Positions 25,720 to 32,321 of a DNA stretch of 32,321 nt are shown one piece after another (the stretch's first letter is position 1; each line of letters starts with the position of its first letter). The DNA is from a virus (taxonomy: Duplodnaviria; Caudoviricetes), in IMG/VR virus record IMGVR_UViG_3300032243_000114, positions 1 through 32,321 of that record. One strand, written 5' to 3'. The translations under genes were made by a program, and so were the position numbers. Below the pieces are notes generated by a model that saw nothing but the letters and a program-made list of their open reading frames with translations, did no database searches and was not told the DNA's origin.

Positions 25720-28633
25720 TGGCTTCTTCTTCTCGTCTGGATATTTTCATCACCGCTACTCGCATCTGTGGGCCGTTGGTCTTGGCCATCAAATCTTTTT
25801 TAGGGATGTAGGAGACCATATAAGCCTTCTCCATCTGACGCTTAAAGTCGGTATAGCCGAAGCTCATGGAAGAACAATAAGATTTCAGTAAGCGCTCTTC
25901 GATAAAGAAATCTTTGCATCCCGCAGTCACGCCGTTCTCGACTCGCCCCATGACGTTGGACTTGGTTGTGGCCTTGTCGATCATAGAACCGTCACCCATT
26001 GCTGCCGCCAATCCCCCACGCTCTCCGTAGTTGACAATGACAAAGTGCCCCCAATGGTCACGGATGAATCCGTTGAGGACATCCTCGGCCACACGCTTTC
26101 CGCTTCGGATATTGACGCGCATATAATCAATACGGCGCTTGAATGCGTTAATGATCTCTTGCATGGGAAACTCAACCACATCGGCGTGTTTGCTATTACA
26201 AATAACCCCGCTTGCAATCGTAGCGCCTATACCCGCCATCCAAAACCGCTCATCGTTCGTTGCTTGAAAATCTGTATACATTTGTGTGACGCAAGTGGGC
26301 ACTAACTTAGCAAGCTCTTCAGTGTGGTCTACAAAGTACTGGGCAAGGATGTGTCCAGCAACCGCATAGTTCTGCGACAAGGATTTAATGATCTCGATCT
26401 CGTCAGCTTCCCATGACAGTTCTTCGTCCATCACAAACTCAATCAAGCGTCTGAGTTCACCTTCGGCGGCGTGCTTTCTTTCACCCGTTAAGATGTCAAC
26501 CACGTGGGTATTGGACGACATGATCGCGTTGGTCATCCATGTAGACAGATTGATACGCTCTTTGTTGGAGCCTGACTCCATACGTTCCTTGCCTCGACCC
26601 TCGGTCATGTCCAGTAAAAATTCCGGAAACCATTCAAAGTTATTCCGGTTTTTAGAGGTGATCTCGTCCGTAATTAAAGGACAACTATTAAGGAGTCCAA
26701 GTCTTTGTTGCATTGCAACAGGAGAAGTTCCCTTTCCCGTACGATAGTGTACGGGGTGTCCCCACACAGACGCCGCGCCTTCCAACGCAAGAGATTTTCC
26801 TGTCCCTGACTCAGTGCTACCACAATGGAAAGTAATACCGTAAATACCAGTAAAACGCATAAGGGGAGCTCCAATACCCGCCAGAATGATTGCCAAATGG
26901 TCATACATTTTCTTTCTAATAAGTAAGTTAATAAAATTGCGCCACGCATCTAGCGTCCCAGTTGGCTGGGTGTTATCGACAATGTTTTCTAGTCCCTCCA
27001 TAGGAATTTCAACTGGTTTTTTGTTTGCTGAATAGATGCATCCTGCAAAGACAAAATCTTCATTGGCTTGCCATCCATAGCTTGTGGGTATTTCAATTGT
27101 GTTTTTTTCTGTACTCATTTTTTCATAACTCGCTCGTACGTAATCGTACAAATTTTTATCGTTTCCCGATCCAAAAGAACTTAAGACGTTTTGATCGACT
27201 AACGCTTTTGTAACTTCAACGGGGCTCCCGATCATTTTGGTTGGTAATGTAATGGTCTTTATGCCTTGCGGACGCAAAGCCATCATGTGTAGTGTGTGAG
27301 AACCTTTGTTGCTTAATATGTGCACAGGAAACAAATCGTAAGAAAGTAGCATGACCATTCGTTTGATTTTGTTGCCGTTGGCGTCCTCATCGTCTTTCTC
27401 GATAAAGACACCGCCGTGCTTACCATAAGCATATCCTCTGGGTGTTTCTGGTCTATGGACTGTTTCATTCTCCTTTGTAATGATGGTTTTTTCTAAGCGC
27501 GTCACGGCTGTTTCTCTGCCCAACGCTAACGGATTTGTAATTTTGCCCCAATGCTTGCATGAAATACATACACCGGGGTTTTCACTATCGAACTTGGTGC
27601 ATGGATAGGGCCCTTTAATCTCCGATAACTTTTGGTGCATACGCTCATGCGGGTACGGGTGCATATCGCTTAACCACACCGCCGCCTTCTCTCCATCCAC
27701 GCATTTCTGCGTAATGCTCAAGAGCCCACGCCAAAGAGGTTCCATGCCATCATCACTTGCGTTGTTAACGTAGTAGTCAAGCTGACCGCACCCATTCCCT
27801 TGCTTGGTGAGCATGATAATTTTTTTGAACCGAGTCACCGAGTTTTGGAACAAAGAGACACTGGTTGCTCCCACCGGAGCCGTGCCGGGTAGTATGAGGG
27901 TATTGGACGGCTTTGTAATCTTCTCGTAGGCTGTGCCTATAAGATGTTTCTCAACTAAAGCGCGGATGTCTGTAAGCTCAAAGAAGTCCCCCTCATTCTT
28001 GAAACGAACATTGGTTGCTTCCCTGACCCTCTTGTTGGCTTTAACACCTGTGTTGATGGTGTCTGGCACGCGTAATACCCGAGAGGCATCGCTTGTGATT
28101 GTTGGATCGATGGCCAGCTTCTTTTGAAAGCATAGGCGCTTAAACCCTTCAGCCACAGGCAACCACTCATCTTTCTCAACGGCTTCTTTGAACGGCCAGT
28201 AAGCGTGTACACCACCGCCAGATGCGACCAACCAAGGGCGACCCAAGTCGCTCAATCCTATCTCATCACAAAACGTCATCAACGCCGATACTGCGGACTG
28301 CGCAGAAGCGTACGCTTTGGACTTTACAGCGCCTGTGCTATCAGGGATGTCTTTGGGATGGTTGCAGTCAATATCAACGGCGATACATTTGACCATCTGC
28401 ACATTGGTAGCGGTTCGGGAGTAGTTGTTTTTCTTGTCATTCAACTCATCGCCAAATGTACCCAATGCAAAGTAAATGTCATAGTTGCTTTTTTTCCACG
28501 AGTCTATTTTCGTTTGCGCTTCATCAAGTGTCTCCACATAGTAGTGCTCCTTCTTCTTCGTGAGTTCGGCTACGCAGTAGCGTCCGTTACCCGGTGGCGG
28601 TAAAACCGCCGCTAGAAACTCAAGCGGTTCCAT
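25685..28633 (-). CDS. Primase-helicase fusion (RepB/AEP-type primase, Cys-rich domain, DUF927 helicase)
   Basis: AEP motifs 'VDIDC', 'SGGGVHAYW', 'DASRVLRVP.T.N'; Cys cluster 'GPYPC...CISC'; Walker A 'ESGTGKS', Walker B 'LITDE', 'GRGKER'; AAGGA RBS. Confidence 0.85.
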   Translation of the reverse strand: MEPLEFLAAVLPPPGNGRYCVAELTKKKEHYYVETLDEAQTKIDSWKKSNYDIYFALGTFGDELNDKKNNYSRTATNVQMVKCIAVDIDCNHPKDIPDSTGAVKSKAYASAQSAVSALMTFCDEIGLSDLGRPWLVASGGGVHAYWPFKEAVEKDEWLPVAEGFKRLCFQKKLAIDPTITSDASRVLRVPDTINTGVKANKRVREATNVRFKNEGDFFELTDIRALVEKHLIGTAYEKITKPSNTLILPGTAPVGATSVSLFQNSVTRFKKIIMLTKQGNGCGQLDYYVNNASDDGMEPLWRGLLSITQKCVDGEKAAVWLSDMHPYPHERMHQKLSEIKGPYPCTKFDSENPGVCISCKHWGKITNPLALGRETAVTRLEKTIITKENETVHRPETPRGYAYGKHGGVFIEKDDEDANGNKIKRMVMLLSYDLFPVHILSNKGSHTLHMMALRPQGIKTITLPTKMIGSPVEVTKALVDQNVLSSFGSGNDKNLYDYVRASYEKMSTEKNTIEIPTSYGWQANEDFVFAGCIYSANKKPVEIPMEGLENIVDNTQPTGTLDAWRNFINLLIRKKMYDHLAIILAGIGAPLMRFTGIYGITFHCGSTESGTGKSLALEGAASVWGHPVHYRTGKGTSPVAMQQRLGLLNSCPLITDEITSKNRNNFEWFPEFLLDMTEGRGKERMESGSNKERINLSTWMTNAIMSSNTHVVDILTGERKHAAEGELRRLIEFVMDEELSWEADEIEIIKSLSQNYAVAGHILAQYFVDHTEELAKLVPTCVTQMYTDFQATNDERFWMAGIGATIASGVICNSKHADVVEFPMQEIINAFKRRIDYMRVNIRSGKRVAEDVLNGFIRDHWGHFVIVNYGERGGLAAAMGDGSMIDKATTKSNVMGRVENGVTAGCKDFFIEERLLKSYCSSMSFGYTDFKRQMEKAYMVSYIPKKDLMAKTNGPQMRVAVMKISRREEEANEIIALPVDKT

Positions 28634-28647
28634 CTAGTTCCTTCGGG

Positions 28648-28854
28648 TTATTTAAATAAGTCTAACTGACCTTCTTGGGGATAAGGCAATGCTTGCTGTA
28701 CATCCGCTTGCATAAAGCGTTTAAGTAACTCTTCTTGGTAGTTGAGCGGGATGCCTTTGGGGATTGGGATATTGTCCGTGGCCAAGTCAATGTATCTTTC
28801 GCAGTGCGTAATCAGTTCTTCGTTACTGAGGGATCTAGGTTGTATTCCTTGCAT
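28648..28854 (-). CDS. 68-aa protein with a C-terminal beta-clamp-binding-type motif (QLDLF)
   Basis: A GGAG RBS favours the ATG at 28854 over 28866; ends ...QEGQLDLFK*. Confidence 0.65.
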   Translation of the reverse strand: MQGIQPRSLSNEELITHCERYIDLATDNIPIPKGIPLNYQEELLKRFMQADVQQALPYPQEGQLDLFK

Positions 28855-29105
28855 ATTCTTCTCCATGCTTCGTCAGCCGTTTTAGAGGATGACATTATTT
28901 TTGTTAAAAGTTCTACCCTGTTTTGATACGCAACAAAGACGTCTTTACCTTCAAACCAGTTGTACACGGTTTGTCGGGTGACCCCCAGCGCATATGCTAT
29001 TTTAGTTACAGGAAAGTCTAAATGTATCGCCCACCGACCTAGGGTACTCCCTAATGTTTTTGGCGAACGGGCTACTAAATCTACAATTTTTTCTGAGTAT
29101 GGCAT
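28812..29105 (-). CDS. Cro/XRE-like HTH transcriptional regulator
   Basis: 'PVTKIAYALGVTRQTVYNWFEG' canonical HTH. Confidence 0.8.
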   Translation of the reverse strand: MPYSEKIVDLVARSPKTLGSTLGRWAIHLDFPVTKIAYALGVTRQTVYNWFEGKDVFVAYQNRVELLTKIMSSSKTADEAWRRICKEYNLDPSVTKN

Positions 29106-29117
29106 AGTGATTTAATT

Positions 29118-29257
29118 TAAGGGTGGGGGTAGCGTGATGCTTTTCCATCAGAGGAAACGCAACCGTAGGTATGTTCCTATCTAACGAGGACAAAAAGGTT
29201 CAACAAACCAACCCCGACCTACGCGTTGCGACCGCTCTTGCTACCCCCTAAACCTTA
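29118..29257 (-). ncRNA. Putative structured RNA (two nested three-way junctions), family unknown
   Basis: Nested helices on the - strand: GGGGGUAGC/GCUACCCCC; CGCAAC-G-CGUAGGU/ACCUACG-GUUGCG; GGGGUU/AACCUU; UCCU/AGGA; UGAUG/CAUCA; outer UAAGG/CCUUA. Fills the largest non-coding gap in the window. Confidence 0.65.
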
Positions 29258-29258
29258 T

Positions 29259-30215
29259 TTACTCGTCATCCCAATCAGCTACGATGTCAGCAAGTTTGCC
29301 TTTCTTTGCGGGCACAGCGCTAGGCTTTGCCGCTTCTTTGCGAACTTCTGGCTCATCGTCAACTTCAGCTACAGGCTCGGCTTTGGCTTTTGCCTTGGCC
29401 GCAATAGGCTCGTATACTGGAGCGTCTTCTTCCTTGGTCAACTCACCCATAGGGCGTGTGCCTTCGATCTTCAAGGGGGCTTTAGACTTAACACCATCGG
29501 TTTGAGATGCCGTCATGCGCACAGCATCCAATGCTTCTTGCGTGTGTCCTTTGGCTTTGCTCAACTCAAACTCTACCGTTGTCAACCAACGTACAGGAGA
29601 GAAGAACAACTTGGGGCTCTCAGCTTTGGTATCAAACTTCATGCGAGTGACGATCTTCTCAACATCCACAGGAGGGGACGCTAATGCGAGGTGACGCACA
29701 TAGGCTTGGAGTGGGCGCTTGTCGCCTTCTTCCTTACCAAACACAGACGTTGCAGGCAACGTGAGTTGCAAAATGTCATCGGGGTTATCCGCCAACATGA
29801 CTGCCATGCGCTGTTGATAACGGCAAGCACGGCTATTGCCTTGGCCTGAACCCGCAATGTTTTGTGCGCAAGTCATGCAAGTCGCAGACTGAGGAGCCTT
29901 AATAGACGCATCAGGTTTTTCACCGTCGTTAGACCAGCAATCGGGGCCTGTGATGTTATCGCCATCGTATGACTTTGCATAGAAGATACGGCTGACTTTG
30001 GGTGCAGCTTTTACCACGATGACATCAAGATGGCGCTCTTCAATAGATGCGATCTCTTTGCCACCAGCCACGATACGGAACACACCACCTTTGATAGAGA
30101 TGCGTCTGCTCGTGTTGATTGAGCCACCCATAAGGGCTTTAGCTGTATCGGATAACTCACCACCTTGGGCGAATGCGGGTACTTGTGCGGGATTAAAAAT
30201 TGATAAATTTGACAT
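29259..30215 (-). CDS. Probable ssDNA-binding/annealing protein
   Basis: 'RRISIKGGVF', four Cys ('PDCWS...CMTC...RACR'), flexible Ala/Lys/Glu linker and an acidic-aromatic tail 'ADWDDE' as in phage SSBs; replication context. Confidence 0.55.
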   Translation of the reverse strand: MSNLSIFNPAQVPAFAQGGELSDTAKALMGGSINTSRRISIKGGVFRIVAGGKEIASIEERHLDVIVVKAAPKVSRIFYAKSYDGDNITGPDCWSNDGEKPDASIKAPQSATCMTCAQNIAGSGQGNSRACRYQQRMAVMLADNPDDILQLTLPATSVFGKEEGDKRPLQAYVRHLALASPPVDVEKIVTRMKFDTKAESPKLFFSPVRWLTTVEFELSKAKGHTQEALDAVRMTASQTDGVKSKAPLKIEGTRPMGELTKEEDAPVYEPIAAKAKAKAEPVAEVDDEPEVRKEAAKPSAVPAKKGKLADIVADWDDE

Positions 30216-30220
30216 GGTGA

Positions 30221-30634
30221 TTAACTTGCTTTATAAAGTTTGATCTCAAACTCTGTATTAGAGTTGAGGCCGGGTGGCACGAGGCCGGGGTTCTCTTCCA
30301 AAAACTTTGCCATATTCAGTTGGGCGATACGTTTTTCCAATAAATCAACGACATCATTCTGGACAACAAAGGTCTTGAACGAGTCCCAATCATTTGTGGA
30401 ATACCGTGTCTTGGTTACCAAGCTAAGCGTACCAAAGTCCGTCTTAACAGATTTAGCGCCCTGCGCTTTCATCTGATCTTTGATCTCTGTCTTAACTTCA
30501 TCCAGTTGTGCGGCTAAAGTTTCGAGTTGAGTATCAAATTCTTTTTGCACAAGATCCATACGCGTTTTTATTTTGCGATAGATTTTGGCCAGTTGGTCGA
30601 GCGGTATATGCTCTGTTTCTGCTTCGACTGTCAT
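30221..30634 (-). CDS. Conserved phage replication-module protein (N-terminal coiled coil)
   Basis: AAGGAG RBS; 'SVKTDFGT', 'DWDSF', 'LLEKRI', 'PPGL' motifs; function not assignable. Confidence 0.65.
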   Translation of the reverse strand: MTVEAETEHIPLDQLAKIYRKIKTRMDLVQKEFDTQLETLAAQLDEVKTEIKDQMKAQGAKSVKTDFGTLSLVTKTRYSTNDWDSFKTFVVQNDVVDLLEKRIAQLNMAKFLEENPGLVPPGLNSNTEFEIKLYKAS

Positions 30635-30664
30635 TACTTTTCTCCTTGTTTAATTTAGATTTTT

Positions 30665-30707
30665 TGTCAAGCGTTAGACATTGTACATGGATTTTAGTTC
30701 ATTGCAA
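30665..30707 (-). promoter_or_regulatory. Sigma70-type promoter with an overlapping inverted-repeat operator
   Basis: - strand: TTGCAA (30707-30702), 16 nt, TACAAT (30685-30680), immediately followed by TGTCTA-acgc-TTGACA (30680-30665). Confidence 0.65.
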
Positions 30708-30714
30708 CTCCTTT

Positions 30715-32271
30715 TTAATATTTAATTTCATTCTCAAACATTTGAGTAATTAGTAAGTTATTACTAACCTTGGACTCCAATGCCTTGAACATTTTCTTCT
30801 CGATGGGTGAGCCTTGGATGTGGATGACTGTTACTTTCTCTGAGTCTTGTCCCTTGCGATCAGCCCTTGCAATCGCTTGCGTGTACTGCTCAACGCTCAT
30901 CAGGGGGCCATAGAATATCACAGTGTCGGCTCTTGTCAAGGTGATGCCATGCGCTGTTGCTTGGGGTTGCATGACGAGTACTCTAGGCGTATCTTCATTC
31001 TGAAACCTACGAATAATATCCGAGCGTTTTGATGGGTTAACCGTGCCGTTGATGAACTCCGCGGTGATGTTGCGTTTAAGTAAATGGGTGTGGATGGTAT
31101 CAATTGTGGAACGGAACATAGCAAATATGATAACTTTGCGTGTTGTCTCCTCTAGTATTTCTTCCAAGACATTTAACCTTGGTGCTGAATCAAACTCCAC
31201 AACCTCATGGTCATCGGTGTAGGCTGCACCACAACTGATCTGTAATAACTTGGATACACTAGCCGCCGCATTGACTGCGCTAATTGTTTCACCTGATGCC
31301 TCGACCATCATCTTTTCTTTGAGCAAGTTGTAATACTTGGCTTGTTGTGGAGTCAATGGTACTTCCCGAGTCATGGTCAGTACAGGCGGTAGATCCAAGC
31401 ATTGATCTTTGGTGAACCTGATGGCGGGTTGCAAGGCTTCATGTACCAAGGCTTTTGCTTCAGGCTTTGGCGCCCACTTGTACATCGTCATCTTGTTCAT
31501 TACTTTATCTCGCCAGCCAGTAAAGAACATCGGCACACCGCTAGGGTTCACGAGCTTAGCCAAGCCATACGCATCAACCGGGGACTGCGATGCAGGAGTT
31601 CCCGTCATCATCCACAAGTGTGTGTCTGGACGTAGTATGGACTTCAAGGCTTTCCATCTTTTAGTAGAAACTGTTTTGTATGCGTTGGCTTCATCAACTA
31701 TCACAAGATCAAAGCGGCCATCATTGATGATCTCGTTTGCAATTAAGTTCAACCCATCATAGTTGGCAATGACAAACTCATAGTTCTGTTGAATCATTTC
31801 TATTCTGCGGGTAGCCTGCGAGTGGTGTGCGACTACGGCAGAACGATGGATGATACTGTTGTTCAAGTCTGATAGCCATGCTGACTGCATGATGGACAAG
31901 GGGCAAAGAATTAAGCAGCGCCTAACATCCCCCCTTTTCATTAAATAGTCTGCTGACCACAACGCTGATAGCGTCTTGCCTGTGCCGGGCTCCGAGAACA
32001 CAAAGGCTTTTTTGTGCAAAGTAAGAAACGAAGATGTTTCGATCTGATGTTCCATAGGTATGAACCGACCCGGCCAGTTGTAGCGTTTGGTAATTGGGGA
32101 AGGAACATTTTTTACACCAAGATTTTTTAAAATTTTAGCTTCTTCCAAACCCCAATACACTGCTACTTCGTAGCCGTCATCGACTTCAAATACTTTGTGC
32201 TTCGGAATGATGCTGTACTTTTCGGGGTTCCGCGTTCGGAACACCAAAGCTCTGTCTTCAACAATTTCCAT
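30715..32271 (-). CDS. SNF2-family (SF2) helicase
   Basis: Motif I 'EPGTGKT', Ia 'CPLS', II 'VDEA', III 'MTGTP', V 'HGITLT', VI 'QAIARADRKGQ'. Confidence 0.92.
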   Translation of the reverse strand: MEIVEDRALVFRTRNPEKYSIIPKHKVFEVDDGYEVAVYWGLEEAKILKNLGVKNVPSPITKRYNWPGRFIPMEHQIETSSFLTLHKKAFVFSEPGTGKTLSALWSADYLMKRGDVRRCLILCPLSIMQSAWLSDLNNSIIHRSAVVAHHSQATRRIEMIQQNYEFVIANYDGLNLIANEIINDGRFDLVIVDEANAYKTVSTKRWKALKSILRPDTHLWMMTGTPASQSPVDAYGLAKLVNPSGVPMFFTGWRDKVMNKMTMYKWAPKPEAKALVHEALQPAIRFTKDQCLDLPPVLTMTREVPLTPQQAKYYNLLKEKMMVEASGETISAVNAAASVSKLLQISCGAAYTDDHEVVEFDSAPRLNVLEEILEETTRKVIIFAMFRSTIDTIHTHLLKRNITAEFINGTVNPSKRSDIIRRFQNEDTPRVLVMQPQATAHGITLTRADTVIFYGPLMSVEQYTQAIARADRKGQDSEKVTVIHIQGSPIEKKMFKALESKVSNNLLITQMFENEIKY

Positions 32272-32283
32272 TTACTTCTCTCT

Positions 32284-32321
32284 TTATTTATTGTCGCCTT
32301 GATTGGCGCTTTTATTTCTTA
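32284..32321 (-). CDS. 3' end of an upstream gene (possibly a small HNH protein), truncated by the window edge
   Basis: ...RNKSANQGDNK* ends 12 nt before the helicase start; too short to assign. Confidence 0.35.
   Translation of the reverse strand, partial: RNKSANQGDNK

Noticed and set aside
29134-29160. Hammerhead ribozyme, tRNA or intrinsic terminator as the identity of the structured region
   Set aside because: CUGAUGG is not the CUGANGA core and is paired in its own hairpin; no T-loop/anticodon cloverleaf; no U-tract after the stem.

Overview
The whole window is part of a tailed dsDNA bacteriophage genome, podovirus-like, with a Gram-negative host (it has a two-component spanin). No host genes, integrase, tRNA, rRNA or CRISPR array were seen. 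Positions 1-25546 (+) form a tightly coupled late operon: virion and tail-fibre genes interrupted by a free-standing HNH-type endonuclease, a tail-fibre chaperone, a lysis cassette (Rz with embedded Rz1, an extra lipoprotein, holin, M15 peptidase endolysin), a P22-gp10/nozzle-like tail protein, and four internal/ejection proteins ending in a 2113-aa polyvalent protein (HExxH zincin plus LPD38-like end). Positions 25537-32321 (-) form a converging replication module: SNF2-type helicase, coiled-coil protein, probable SSB, HTH regulator, a small protein ending in QLDLF, and an AEP-primase/DUF927-helicase fusion. The most notable signals are: (1) a ~140-nt intergenic multi-stem RNA with two nested three-way junctions (29118-29257); (2) an in-frame A_AAA_AAG slippery site whose -1 frame adds a transmembrane helix and ends on the Rz start codon; (3) a recurring [MFYK]AxGG-type peptide motif across four putative internal virion proteins; (4) an RBS-sequestering hairpin overlapped by its own promoter upstream of the HNH gene; (5) beta-clamp-type motifs. 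All family assignments come from motif recognition by eye; no searches were run.
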